The notes under the pieces were generated by a model. It did no database searches. It was not told the DNA's origin and was given only the letters and a program-made list of their open reading frames with translations. Positions 10,223-20,586 of a stretch of DNA of 64,000 nt are shown here, one piece after another. The stretch lies in the NCBI GenBank assembly GCA_965218695.1, contig OZ244651.1, positions 512,001-576,000 on the forward strand. The letters are read 5' to 3'. Position numbers and translations under genes: made by a program. The stretch's first letter is position 1, and each line of letters begins with the position of its first letter. This stretch comes from Nitrosopumilus sp. (GTDB taxonomy: Archaea; Thermoproteota; Nitrososphaeria; Nitrososphaerales; Nitrosopumilaceae).

Positions 10223-11887
10223 GTAACTGTGTAGTTTTTTGATCAAATGCTGAATTCCATGTCTCCAAGAAACTATGTATTTTTTTGACATAGGACCAGA
10301 CCCTCGCGCAGGACCGTGCAAAAATCATCTCCCCTTGCCTTGCATGTCTGCTTGATGCTCATCAGTATGGCAATAGCGTCTGCGCCCTTCTTTGACCTGC
10401 TCCCGTTGCTGTTCTTGCGAAGGATGACGTACGGCCTGATGGCCCGCTCTGCCCGGTTGTTGTGGTATTCGACGCCGCCTGTCTCCAGAAACGCAAACAG
10501 GTGATCCCCCTCCCGCACCAGCCTCTTGCGCATCCTGTTGCAGTGCTTGCAGTCGCGGTCCTTTTCGAGCCTGCCTATCATGGACGCGATGCGACGGTCC
10601 AGCCTCTTCTTTGCGGCAAGCGCGTCTGCCCCTCCCGGAATGGCACCGTCGACGACGTGCGAGTCCCACAGTATCGCGCGCAGCGTCCTTGCGTGCCGAC
10701 GGTAGTCCTGGCCGGGATTCTTGTATTTCAGGGTGTCCTTGACGTCCCGGGCGTAATGCAGGTGGCACTTTTGGTGTTCGGATCCGATGACGTTCCACGC
10801 GGCCCACGAGTCAGACGTGACGCATCCCGGGTAGTCCTTGCCGAGCATCTTTTTTGGAACCTTCGAGTTCCTGCGGCGGTGCACCTCGTAGATTACGGCG
10901 TACCTTGTTACCACCGCCCACAGCCGATAGTTTGTGCCGTCGACGCGCCAGACGGGCTCGTCCCCGTTTATCGCAGGCGAGTTTCTTACATCCTCCTTGA
11001 TCTTCTCGTACAGCGGCCCGAGCTCCCGGGCCATCCTGCACACCATGCGGTTTATCGCAGATTCCGTGATTCTTGCCGAGTACATCATCATGACGATATT
11101 GCATATCCTGAGGTCTGACATGCCGTGCAGCCGGAGGATGGCCATCATTATCATAAAGTTGATCCCGTACCTGGAGTTTGGCAGTGCCGGCGGAGTCCTG
11201 CCGGACACGGTCCTCTTGCAGTTCCTGCAACGCCTTCTCTTTACTGTCACCCTGATGTGCCTTAGTTCCGTCTTGGCAGCCTCCCTTACGACCTTCGTGT
11301 ACGTGGACACGCATTCTGAGAGGTCGGAGCTGCCGCAGTTGCCGCACGTGTGCGGATCTGCCGTCTCCTCTGCGTCTATTCTTTCAGGACGCGCAAGGCC
11401 CGTGCGTTTGTGGTCACTTGGCTTGCCCTTGCCCTTGCCCTTGCCCTTTGCGCGGCGCTGGGTACTGCCGGTCTTTTTGTTCGGTTTTGCGCCGATGCTC
11501 CTTGCAACGGCAGCCGATATGATGCCCTTTGCCTCCTGCAACTCTGCCGTGAGATCCTGGATCTGTTTGAGGGCGGCAACGTAAGGATCAGCGAGTTTGG
11601 CCATCTGCCGGTCTTTTTCGGCCATCTGCCGGTCTTTTTCGGCCATCTGCCGGTCTTTTTCGGCCATCTGCTCTGCCATCACACCCACTTTTTCCTCCAG
11701 TTCTGCAATCCTTGACTCGGAATTATCATCAGACATATGCAAACCATGGGCAACAATGATCTAAAAATTAGGACGGAGAGAAAAACTCGATCAAGTGATC
11801 AAAAATAGTTTTAAAAAATTAGACAGACGCGGATTTTCTGATTGTAGATATGGAGTTCAACATTTGATCAAAAAACTACACAGATAC
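10223..11887 (-). mobile_element. IS66-family insertion sequence (copy A)
   Basis: 27-bp TIR gta[a/t]ctgtgtagttttttgatcaaatg; no TSD visible; close copy at 46040..47659. Confidence 0.92.
10273..11742 (-). CDS. IS66-family transposase
   Basis: coiled coil, CGNCG/CRNC zinc finger, GDE..W, TSDSW, QKCHLH, HNNRAERAIR. Confidence 0.9.
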   Translation of the reverse strand: MHMSDDNSESRIAELEEKVGVMAEQMAEKDRQMAEKDRQMAEKDRQMAKLADPYVAALKQIQDLTAELQEAKGIISAAVARSIGAKPNKKTGSTQRRAKGKGKGKGKPSDHKRTGLARPERIDAEETADPHTCGNCGSSDLSECVSTYTKVVREAAKTELRHIRVTVKRRRCRNCKRTVSGRTPPALPNSRYGINFMIMMAILRLHGMSDLRICNIVMMMYSARITESAINRMVCRMARELGPLYEKIKEDVRNSPAINGDEPVWRVDGTNYRLWAVVTRYAVIYEVHRRRNSKVPKKMLGKDYPGCVTSDSWAAWNVIGSEHQKCHLHYARDVKDTLKYKNPGQDYRRHARTLRAILWDSHVVDGAIPGGADALAAKKRLDRRIASMIGRLEKDRDCKHCNRMRKRLVREGDHLFAFLETGGVEYHNNRAERAIRPYVILRKNSNGSRSKKGADAIAILMSIKQTCKARGDDFCTVLREGLVLCQKNT

Positions 11888-12031
11888 AAAATTACCAGTA
11901 AGGAGGCCACAATTCCGGCAAAGAGTATGCGGCTCCCGTGCTGGCATGAGTGACTCATATACGTATATTGTTTTTATATGATATATATTTATTATAAATA
12001 CATAAATCAATTTTAATCGGCAATGCCACGC

Positions 12032-12520
12032 CTAAGGACCGCACGTGGCAGTCACGTTGGACAGCAGGATCTTGAACAGCTTGCCGCTCTCTGTCACCAA
12101 CCGTACCGCGTCTGCCACGGATTTGGTTCCGGTCGTAAAGTTTGCAATCTGTTCTGGCATGAACGGATCACCTTCCTTGCCGACAGACACACCGTAACTT
12201 TCAAGCGCAAAGTCGGAGCCAGGACACTCGCTGCCCTGGACGCCGTTAGTGCACAGCACCTCATCGTCTGCCAGGGCGGCAAATACCGTAATGCCCTGCA
12301 GCCCGATATTGACCACGGTTCCGCCTGCCGCGCCAGTCGCATTGTCGCTGCACAAGTACGTCACGGCTATCGACTGTCCGGACCTTATCCTTGACTGCTC
12401 GGCAAAGTCGTGGTAGCTCAGCGCCGCATCCCCGAGCCTCTCGGTGCCAAAAAACACCAGGGGAAACCCTATGGCCATCGAGACGGAAACGAGCATGATG
12501 AATGCCAGAATCTGGTTCAT
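12032..12520 (-). CDS. pilin-like protein with N-terminal hydrophobic helix
   Basis: MNQILAFIMLVSVSMAIG, then V.NIG...I and a C-terminal VRLVTESGKLF beta motif typical of archaeal pilins; promoter 26 nt upstream. Confidence 0.6.
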   Translation of the reverse strand: MNQILAFIMLVSVSMAIGFPLVFFGTERLGDAALSYHDFAEQSRIRSGQSIAVTYLCSDNATGAAGGTVVNIGLQGITVFAALADDEVLCTNGVQGSECPGSDFALESYGVSVGKEGDPFMPEQIANFTTGTKSVADAVRLVTESGKLFKILLSNVTATCGP

Positions 12521-12558
12521 GCAATGGAGCCTCGGTCTACGTTTAAGGGGGTGAATCC

Positions 12559-12582
12559 GGTTATAGCGATTCTACTATAACC
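12559..12582. promoter_or_regulatory. palindromic site GGTTATAG-N8-CTATAACC
   Basis: 8-bp perfect arms; related sites at 14760 and 22430. Confidence 0.6.
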
Positions 12583-12845
12583 TCCGGCAAAATTTTGCCC
12601 CATAATATCCATAACACGTTAGTTATTCATGGTTTTATAATGTTTATATATGATATATATGTAATATAAACATGAGCGATTCAACGGCCGAACAGAAGTC
12701 ATTCATTTCAAGGTTCGATTCGACATGTAGCGGGTGTAACAAGTCCTGGAAAGCCGGCGACGAGTTGTACAAAATCGGCGACCGCTGGTGCAAGGATCCA
12801 AATTGTGGTTCTGCACAGGCCGGAGCTGCCCCACAGACAGATGAG

Positions 12846-12998
12846 GCAACACCAGCAACACCAGCAACACCAGCAACACCAGCAACACCAGCAACACCAG
12901 CAACACCAGCAACACCAGCAACACCAGCAACACCAGCAACACCAGCAACACCAGCAACACCAGCAACACCAGCAACACCAGCAACACCAGCAACACCA
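12846..12998 (+). repeat. perfect 9-bp tandem repeat (gcaacacca)x17
   Basis: 153 bp read directly; encodes (ATP)17. Confidence 0.97.
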
Positions 12999-13026
12999 GC
13001 ACCAGCAACAACACAGCCTGCACCTA

Positions 13027-14114
13027 TAGTGTCGATCAAAAGTTTTTTACATTTAGGGACTTTCTACAGATAAACTCCATTACGTCAATCCTTGGACGCG
13101 CGGTCCTGAAATACTCCGACATCGCGTTGCGCATCTGCACTATCGTGGCATAGTACTCGGACACCAGCACGTTACGTTTTGCCTGGTGCCAGTACTCCTC
13201 CACGCCGCTAAGCTCGGGCGTTGCAGCTGGAAGCCACATGACCTTGATGTCGGGATTTTCCTTTAGAAATTTCATCACGATCCTTGACTTGTGTTGTGGC
13301 GCATTATCCATGATTACGACCACCTTTCCAAAATGCCTGACCAGATCCTTGAGATACTGCAGGACCGTCTCCTTGTCAAATTTTTCATGCGTCCTGAAGA
13401 ACTGCCTGCCGTCTGTTACAATGGAACCGTATGCCACCACCTTTCCGTGCCGTCCCTTGTATGTCGTGACAATCGGCTCGCCTTCTGGCGACCAATACTT
13501 TACGCCCGATGCCGGATCGTCTACAAATATGGCCTCGTCAAAGACGACTGGGAGAAAACCCTTCTCTTGCAGGCGTGAAATCCGCCTTTTGGCGTTGCGC
13601 TGCCACTGCCTGATCTTTTTGATCTCTGGCCTGTTGACGTGGATGCGCTGGACCGTCTTGGCAGACAGGCCAAGCCTGTGCATTATCTTTGTGACGTTTG
13701 AAATGTGGTATGTCACCTTGAATTCTTTGCGTATGTTTTCTTTGAGCTGCTTTGGAGTTGTGATGCTGCCAGTCCTTGCTGCAAGCCCCGCAATCTTCTC
13801 AAGCCCGACCTTGGGCGGCCTGCCCGGGCGGGGCCTGTCTTCCAGGCCTGCAAGACCCTCGCTATCAAAATGCCGGACCCAGCTTGTGACAGTGTGCGGG
13901 TCGCAAAAGCACAGTGATGCCACCTCGGATACGCCCAGCCCCCTGATCTTGACCATGCAGACGGCGTGGATCCTGTCCTTTATGGTTCCCCTCTTCTCTT
14001 TCTTGTAGGCCTGGATTAACAGCTTTTTGCTTTTTTCATCCATGTGGGCGGTAGTGCGGAGTGATCAAAAAATGTTACGCTCAGACTGACGTAGAAGACT
14101 TTTGATTGACACTA
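13027..14114 (-). mobile_element. IS630-family insertion sequence
   Basis: TIR tagtgtcgatcaaaagt / acttttgattgacacta; TA duplication. Confidence 0.92.
13036..14043 (-). CDS. IS630-family transposase
   Basis: GLEDRPRPGRP, FDEAIF, MDNAPQH, PELSGVEEYW. Confidence 0.9.
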   Translation of the reverse strand: MDEKSKKLLIQAYKKEKRGTIKDRIHAVCMVKIRGLGVSEVASLCFCDPHTVTSWVRHFDSEGLAGLEDRPRPGRPPKVGLEKIAGLAARTGSITTPKQLKENIRKEFKVTYHISNVTKIMHRLGLSAKTVQRIHVNRPEIKKIRQWQRNAKRRISRLQEKGFLPVVFDEAIFVDDPASGVKYWSPEGEPIVTTYKGRHGKVVAYGSIVTDGRQFFRTHEKFDKETVLQYLKDLVRHFGKVVVIMDNAPQHKSRIVMKFLKENPDIKVMWLPAATPELSGVEEYWHQAKRNVLVSEYYATIVQMRNAMSEYFRTARPRIDVMEFICRKSLNVKNF

Positions 14115-14461
14115 TACCCTGGACCGGTTCACCAAAGCATTTGAGGCCTGGCTCGCGCTGCACAACCGCGTATGGAACGCCGCAGTCGACCTGGCAAACT
14201 CCGCTGACCCGGATGCAGACCACCGAGGCAGGATAATCATGGCCCAGGTATTCTACAAAAAAGGCATCGATACCATAAACGCACAACTCTAACCCCCCTT
14301 CTTTTTCTTTATTCTAAATACACATAATATTTATATTATATATTACCGTATAATATGTATGAAGATCCATTTCCAGCAGGCCAAACTTCTTGATATTGAC
14401 GGTGCCCATGTGTACGAGACGCCTGCAGGAAGACGCTATCCCAGCATTAGGTATTGTTAAC

Positions 14462-14755
14462 TTATCGGGACCTGCCGGCATACCGGCAGCTCCGAGCAAT
14501 TTGAGCTATCATCAGACGGCCGCGAGCCTGCGGTTCCTTCCTTGGAAGCCCGAACAAACGGGCGCCGTCCTCGTGCTTGACGACGGCCATACCTGCCGCC
14601 GCGCCGCCGCGAACCGATATGTTCACGGAGGCGTTTTCGTCCGCGTTGATTGCGAACCTGCAACACGTGCAGTGAAAGTCTGCCTGGTTTTCCCTGGATC
14701 TGGAATCTATGGTTCCGCACCGGCAGCATCTTTGGGACGTGTACTGCGGCGGGCA
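14462..14755 (-). pseudogene. tnpB: tnpB (IS200/IS605 or IS607) 3' remnant
   Basis: frame not in the ORF track reads PQYTSQRCCRCG...F.CTCC....NADENASVNI, the TnpB zinc-ribbon/RuvC-III signature; no start codon. Confidence 0.85.
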
Positions 14756-14759
14756 CGGT

Positions 14760-14781
14760 TTATAGTAATTAATTACTATAA
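14760..14781. promoter_or_regulatory. perfect 22-bp palindrome TTATAGTAATTAATTACTATAA next to a TATA box
   Basis: read directly; abuts TATTTAAA at 14783-14790. Confidence 0.7.
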
Positions 14782-14811
14782 CTATTTAAATCAGCCACGC
14801 ATAATCAATAC

Positions 14812-15006
14812 ATGGGAAAAGCAACCGTAACCACCGTGTCGGTAAAGGCGTACTGCGACAACTGCAAGAGCATATTTACCCCGCGCATAAACAGGAAGGT
14901 CCACACGTGCCCTGACTGCAGGACTGCAGTCATGGGGGCAGAAGATGTTCCGCTGCGCGGCCAAAAAGTGAATACCGTGATTGACACGAAGATAGAGGCA
15001 GCATAG
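14812..15006 (+). CDS. zinc-ribbon microprotein
   Basis: CDNC...CPDC; TTTAAA 27 nt upstream. Confidence 0.7.
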   Translation: MGKATVTTVSVKAYCDNCKSIFTPRINRKVHTCPDCRTAVMGAEDVPLRGQKVNTVIDTKIEAA

Positions 15007-15153
15007 CCGGATTTTTGTAATCGGCTGTGCTGTCCGTTTGAACGCGAGGCGTCCATGGCAGCAATTTGTATGGACGGCCTGCTGGTTCCTGCGGCGCGGT
15101 TTTCGTTCAGCTTGATTGGCAACCTGTAAATAAAAAAAGAAAGCCTTGCGGCA

Positions 15154-15300
15154 TTACGGTTTTGCGCCGCATTTGGGGCAGCCGTTGGCGACCCAATCAT
15201 CTGCGTCGATCTGCATCTGGTCATCACCTTTCTCGGTTCGCGGGTACGTCTTGGTGTATCCGCATTTCGGGCACGGCCTGGGTGTTCCTCCAAGTGTCAT
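15154..15300 (-). CDS. zinc-ribbon microprotein (48 aa)
   Basis: CPKCG...CPKCG; ATG at 15300 is 26 nt after CCCCC-TTATAC. Confidence 0.7.
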   Translation of the reverse strand: MTLGGTPRPCPKCGYTKTYPRTEKGDDQMQIDADDWVANGCPKCGAKP

Positions 15301-15362
15301 GGCCACATGGTTTGGAAATGGTATAAGGGGGTGGCCGGCGGTCACACGTTATATCATGTTGA

Positions 15363-16097
15363 ATGTTTCGCCAAACCCGCATTCATGGTGGTCATTTGTA
15401 TAGAGATGGTAATTGTTTTTATCTGCCAGGCTGGAGTACGGAGGTGTTGGATGACATTACAGGAATCGTTATGACGATAAGGGAAAAAATCGAATCCAAT
15501 GAGAACATGTTTCGTAAAAACGAGATGATGACAAGGTACACGCTGGTGGATCCGCTCCTGAGGGGGATTGGCTGGGATCTGTCAGATCCAGGGACGGTCG
15601 TGCCGGAGGAGGGCTCCGTAAAGGGTGCCGGAAAGACGGATTATACAATGTTGGGAAGCACGCAGACACGCAACCGACCCGGAACCAATGATGCGGTTTT
15701 TCCGGACGCGCTGCCCGTCCTGGTGGTGGAAGTGAAAAGCCTCGGATCCCGTCTTGACAGTTCGGCAGTCAAGATTGTCCACTACATGGAGACGCGCGGA
15801 ACCAGGCACGGCGTGCTCACGGACGGCAGAAAATGGAGAATATACGAGGATCCGTCTGCAAAGGCCGGATGGCAGAAGCCAAAAGAAACAGTAACTGGCG
15901 GAAGTCTGATGGCGGAATTAAATAGCGCAGTCAGGACGTCTGATTATTTGAGGATGGACGGGACGGATGGCAAAAACCTGAAAGTGGAGTTTGACATGGT
16001 GGAGGATTCAGTCGAGACGATCGTCACGACGGCAGCACTCTTTGGCAGTCACGCAGTGAATTCCCCACATGGTTTTCCGGATCAACCCGGCCGTTAA
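15363..16097 (+). CDS. HsdR_N-like PD-(D/E)XK restriction endonuclease domain protein
   Basis: NE..TR..LVDPLL..IGWD, TDY, VEVKS, GVLTDGRKWRIY; true start probably ~15471. Confidence 0.75.
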   Translation: MFRQTRIHGGHLYRDGNCFYLPGWSTEVLDDITGIVMTIREKIESNENMFRKNEMMTRYTLVDPLLRGIGWDLSDPGTVVPEEGSVKGAGKTDYTMLGSTQTRNRPGTNDAVFPDALPVLVVEVKSLGSRLDSSAVKIVHYMETRGTRHGVLTDGRKWRIYEDPSAKAGWQKPKETVTGGSLMAELNSAVRTSDYLRMDGTDGKNLKVEFDMVEDSVETIVTTAALFGSHAVNSPHGFPDQPGR

Positions 16098-16119
16098 CTT
16101 AAGGCGGCGCATTCAGACG

Positions 16120-16164
16120 GCTCTGGTAAATTCGAGTGATCTGATTACCGAAATTTACCAGAAC
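16120..16164. repeat. 45-bp palindromic mini-repeat
   Basis: gctctggtaaattcg-agtgatctgattac-cgaaatttaccagaac; same ends as 8630 and 51351-51550. Confidence 0.75.
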
Positions 16165-16235
16165 TGAAATACTGCCCAAACGCACTTCGCGACGCTGACG
16201 ATTTCTGAAATCCCCCCTTATATTCAAACCATTTC

Positions 16236-16586
16236 ATGAAGTCAATGTTTAACAAAGAGGATAATGCGGACACAGAAGTCGGCAAAATCGGGAAGAAGAT
16301 GATCGTCGGGGCTGTTTTCATCGCGTTTTTTCTAGCAGTCCTTCCTCCCCTCACCGGGGTTGACCTAGTCAACCTATGTGTGAAGGCAGAGGAAGGTCAG
16401 GCAACCGACGCCAATGGATGCAAGACGCTGGAACAGAACAGGTTGAGCGAAGGATACGATAACATCAAACCGTACATAATACTAGGAATGGACATGCTCG
16501 TCGTCGTATTGGTGTTGGCGATGCTGTTCGGGCCGGGCGTGCAGTTGGCCAAATACCAGTTCGTGCCAAAAAATGATTCGCGTTGA
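16236..16586 (+). CDS. small two-TM membrane protein
   Basis: two hydrophobic segments flanking a Cys-pair loop; C-run/TATA promoter suggests a start at 16245. Confidence 0.7.
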   Translation: MKSMFNKEDNADTEVGKIGKKMIVGAVFIAFFLAVLPPLTGVDLVNLCVKAEEGQATDANGCKTLEQNRLSEGYDNIKPYIILGMDMLVVVLVLAMLFGPGVQLAKYQFVPKNDSR

Positions 16587-16959
16587 CAGGCCATTTGCCC
16601 TGGCAGCCGGTGCCCTGTTTTTTTATTTTGTCCTGAATCAAGAATGTCCTGTGGCGTTGATCCCGGCGCTGGCAGGAATCTGGGTATTGGGAGCTTATGC
16701 CGACTTGAAATCCACATTCGATCGTCCCAATATGATGAAGTACGAATCAAACAAACTGCTCACGGGTTGCATACGGCGGTACGGGACCAGGCGCGCCGTA
16801 TCAGTAACCATTTCCTATGAAATTGGGCTCATGGCACTGTTGTCCGTATTGATGAACCGGCCGATGGGATTCGATGCGGCTGATTTTGCGTTCGTTGCCG
16901 GCGTTTTTGGTATGTATCATCTGTATTGCGTGCGCTCAAATAATAATTTCAAAGCCTGA
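16573..16959 (+). CDS. multi-TM membrane protein
   Basis: 3-4 hydrophobic segments, D..ST...ESN motif; overlaps the upstream gene. Confidence 0.65.
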   Translation: MIRVDRPFALAAGALFFYFVLNQECPVALIPALAGIWVLGAYADLKSTFDRPNMMKYESNKLLTGCIRRYGTRRAVSVTISYEIGLMALLSVLMNRPMGFDAADFAFVAGVFGMYHLYCVRSNNNFKA

Positions 16960-17634
16960 TTATTTGGCAGTGGTCTTGGCCGTGCAAAGCGTGTTACCAT
17001 CAGCTGAAAATACTTCGACCAAGTAGCCTGATTTTTTGCTTACCGGACTGCCAAAATCCTCCGTGTCGCTCCAGGCATGCGACCCAAACTCGGCAATATT
17101 CTCCGGTCCGATGTCCGGCTCCCACGGCTTGTCTTCCACCTTTATATGCATGGAAAATTCCTTGCTCCAGGTGCCGCTGTTCTGCGCCTCCACGACGTAG
17201 TATATGTTGCTGGAATCAACATCGAATACGTCAAACCTCAATATCTCACACGACTCCTGCGTCATGAGCGTGTCTGCAAGTCCGCTGCCGAACGTGTACG
17301 CGATTGCCACGCCTGCTATCGATGCGCCTACGAGCATCATCATGCCTGCGATCTCGGTAACCATGCGGACGCGGTGGCGGACACGGCCGCGCCTGGGCGG
17401 GTCTATGAAGCACGGGCTGCGCCTGATTAATTTATCATTGATGTACAGGTCCAAGACGTAAAGCCTGCCGTCCGGCGTGTTTTTCAGGACGACGAGTTTC
17501 ATGGCATGGCCGTTTATATCGATGGATTCGCCGGGTTTCAGCACGCGCACGCGTTCTGCAAGATCAGCCGGCTTTTGTACCAAGTGCCTGCACATCCAGA
17601 GGAAGTGCCCGTAGCGTTTGTTTTTTTCGATCAT
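16960..17634 (-). CDS. pilin-like protein with long N-terminal extension
   Basis: internal basic stretch RRGRVRHRVR then MVTEIAGMMMLVGASIAGVAIAY; QNSG and GYLVEV motifs; starts 4 nt after the VirB4-like stop. Confidence 0.6.
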   Translation of the reverse strand: MIEKNKRYGHFLWMCRHLVQKPADLAERVRVLKPGESIDINGHAMKLVVLKNTPDGRLYVLDLYINDKLIRRSPCFIDPPRRGRVRHRVRMVTEIAGMMMLVGASIAGVAIAYTFGSGLADTLMTQESCEILRFDVFDVDSSNIYYVVEAQNSGTWSKEFSMHIKVEDKPWEPDIGPENIAEFGSHAWSDTEDFGSPVSKKSGYLVEVFSADGNTLCTAKTTAK

Positions 17635-19485
17635 TGTTTCACCGCGGCTGCGTGTCGAAATACTTTGTCGTTTCCTCTTCGGTGGCCTCGAACTTTATCT
17701 TGACGCGGTGTTTTTCAGTTATCATCAGGCCCTGACCCTTGGAGAAGCGGGTCAGCCTTTCCTTCTCCTCGTCTGTAAGTTTCATTACCTCCTGGGCATT
17801 TTTTGCCGCGTCCTCTTCAAGGCCCATCAGGATTTTCGTCCCCACGTTGTCTATCATCTTGCCCTCGGCGCCACGGTCGTGGGATATGTCGTCGACTCGC
17901 TGCGAGATGAAGACGAAATACACGCCGTGTTTTCTGCCCGTCCTGACCATCTGTTCAACATACGACATGGCACCGCGCATCTTGCCAAGCAGCCAGCCCT
18001 CATCTATCACGATTATCTTCCGGCGGTTCTTGGGCAACCCCAGCACGCGGTTCCATATCTTGTTCAGTACGAGCAAGAGTATGAGGATCTCGTGCGGCTT
18101 GCCTGTGGCGTTGTCCAACGAGATGATGGTACGGTCGGTAATTTTTGATTCGCCTTTCATGATGTTTGCCAGTGGCCCGTCGACCAGGTGTTCGAGGTAT
18201 TTTTTGGCATCAACGCTCACTTTGTCATACATGTCATGCACCGATTTCACCTTGTCGGCATGTTTGTAAAACTCGTTTGCCACCGCCTTGTCCTTTTCAT
18301 CGGCTTCCGTGACGCTTGCCAGGATGCCGGCAGCGTCGGCCGGATCTAGAATCTTGAACGGGTCGATCCCGAGCTCCTTGTCGCTCGTAATTATCATGCC
18401 GTCAAGGCCATAGTATTCGCGGTGGTGGTAATACTCATTGTTCGGGTCGATTATGAACACGGCCGGGCCTTCCTGCGTCCCGTCCTCGTCAAACAGCCGC
18501 TGTATCAGCCTCTTGATGAATATTTTCGCCGTAAACGACTTGCCGGAACCGGTGGTGCCTATGATTACGATGTTTCCGTTGGTACGCCTCATGATATCAT
18601 AAATGATCGGACCGCCGGAATCCATATTGTATCCCAATATCACTCCGTTGGGCGTCTCTATCATCTCGGCCGAAACGAATGGATACACGATGCTGAAAAA
18701 CGACTGGTCGCACGTGATGTAATGGGTCCACTTGCCATAATACAACATCCCCTGCCGGCTGACCGTGGCATCAAACATGCCGCCAATTACCCGCAGGTTT
18801 TTCTTAAAGTCCTTGGTGTTGGCTTTCAGATCCTTGAGTGTCTTACCATAGAAAATATGCGTAATCCGGAACTTTTTCAAACTCCGCGCTGACATGTTAG
18901 CCCTGCTGTCAAAAATTTATGATCCATCCAATTAAAACCAGAATATGCCGGTTCATACTGTTGTCGAATCAGGAAACAAGTGACCTGCAAAAAGAGAACA
19001 AGGCTCTCAGATACATGATCAAGCGCCAGGACGCTGACATCAAGCGCCAGGACGCTGACATCAAGCGCCAGGACGCTGACATCAAGCGCTTGGAGGCAGC
19101 CGCCAAGCACGAGCAAAGCCTGTGGAGCACGCGGGACGGCTCCGAGTCCGGAGCCGCAGGGGAGCCCGCCCTGCTGCACCGCGTGGAGGTGTTTGACGAC
19201 GTCATCGGCGTCGGGAAGAAGCTTCATGACGCGACGCTGAAGGGCAGGGGGCAATTCCAGTACATACTTGACAGGGCCGAGGCATGGATAAGACAAAGCG
19301 GCAAATCCCCGCTCTTCAGGAACGACGAGACGAGGGCGTCGGATCCCGGGAACCGCTGCAAGCTGTACCCAAGGCACGCGCTACTCATGTCACTGATGTA
19401 CAAAAAGGGCAACCCCACGCAGGGCGCGCTTGCGGCATTCTTTGGAATAGACCAGGCGACCGTGTCCCGGTATATCGATGTACTA

Positions 19486-20586
19486 TACTGACGATCAAAA
19501 GTTTGTGCACAATGCCTCATATTTTCGGCTGGTAAATTTGAGGATGTCAAGCTTGAACCTGGCGGTTCGATAATACAACGAAACTGCCCGGTGCATGTCC
19601 TGAAATGTCCGGTAATATTCCGAGACGAGCAGGACGCGCTTTCCTTGGTGCCAGCATTCCTCCATCGCGTTGAGGTACGGCGAGCCCTTTGGCAGATAGA
19701 TCATCTTGACATCCCTGTTGCTGCGCAGAAATTCCTTTACCAGTTTTGAGCGGTGCTGCGGGGCCCGGTCTGCCGTCACTACCACCTTGCCAAAATGCCG
19801 GTGCAGATCCTTGAGGTATCTGACAAACGTGGGTCCGTCAAATTTCTCGTACGTCCGGAAAAACTGCCTGCCGTCTTTTGCGATCGAGCCGTACGCTGCG
19901 ATCCTCTTGTGGCTGCCGGTGTACGGCACGCTTATGGGATGGCCCACCAGGGACCAATATTTACGGCCGACTATCACGTCGTGTATGAAGATTGCCTCGT
20001 CCTCCATTACCGTGGTAAATCCCTCCTTTTCTAGGCGTGAAACGCGCTTGTTGAAGCGGTATTTCCAGTTCTGCACGGCCTTTTTGTTGGCCCTGTTAAC
20101 ATGGACTTTCCGTGGTGCCTTCGGGGACAGGCCGTACTGGTGCATGATCTTCCTGACGTACGTGATGTGAAGCTTTACGCCCGTGTCATGGTGTATGTTC
20201 TGTTGCAGTTCCGAGGGCGTGATTTTATGGCATGCCGTCTTTGCAATTATTCCGTCGATGACGTCTTGCGGGATCTTTCTGGGCCGTCCGCATCTGGGAA
20301 GATCACGGAGGCCTTGCAGGCCTCCGTCATCGAAGCGGCTCAACCAGTTGCGGACCCAGTTTGGGCTCCGTCCTTGGATGTCGGCAGTCTCCTCCACGGT
20401 CATGTTGAACACGCGAACCATGCGTACCGTGACCATCCTAGCCCGAACCTTGTGGTCTTTTTCTTTTTTGCACGCTTTTTTTAGTTCTTCCAGTTTGGAG
20501 TCGTCCATGTCTCCATGAAAGAAAGTCTGATCTAGAAACTTTGCGGTTGGCTAGGGCATTTGCTCAAAGACTTTTGCGTGTCAGTA
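19486..20586 (-). mobile_element. IS630-family insertion sequence
   Basis: TIR tactgacgatcaaaagt / acttttgcgtgtcagta; TA duplication. Confidence 0.92.
19495..20508 (-). CDS. IS630-family transposase
   Basis: GLRDLPRCGRP, EDEAIF, ADRAPQH, PKGSPYLNAMEECW. Confidence 0.9.
   Translation of the reverse strand: MDDSKLEELKKACKKEKDHKVRARMVTVRMVRVFNMTVEETADIQGRSPNWVRNWLSRFDDGGLQGLRDLPRCGRPRKIPQDVIDGIIAKTACHKITPSELQQNIHHDTGVKLHITYVRKIMHQYGLSPKAPRKVHVNRANKKAVQNWKYRFNKRVSRLEKEGFTTVMEDEAIFIHDVIVGRKYWSLVGHPISVPYTGSHKRIAAYGSIAKDGRQFFRTYEKFDGPTFVRYLKDLHRHFGKVVVTADRAPQHRSKLVKEFLRSNRDVKMIYLPKGSPYLNAMEECWHQGKRVLLVSEYYRTFQDMHRAVSLYYRTARFKLDILKFTSRKYEALCTNF

Larger units (their letters stand above)
12672..14292 (+). 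pseudogene. zinc-finger / (Ala-Thr-Pro)17 linker / helical-domain protein split by IS630
   Basis: CSGC...WCKDPNC N-terminus; IS removal gives QPAP|TLDRFTKAFEAWLALHNRVW...INAQL* in frame. Confidence 0.8.

Noticed and set aside
12846-12998. Repeat array as a possible CRISPR
   Set aside because: 9-bp units with no spacers; it is a coding VNTR, and no cas genes are present.
12644-13039. (VAG)n, (LLV)n and (QQH)n ORFs
   Set aside because: Alternative-frame readings of the same repeat; only the + frame from 12672 has a zinc finger and rejoins across the IS.
14457-14756. 99-aa ORF from the track
   Set aside because: Wrong frame; the adjacent frame carries the TnpB motifs.
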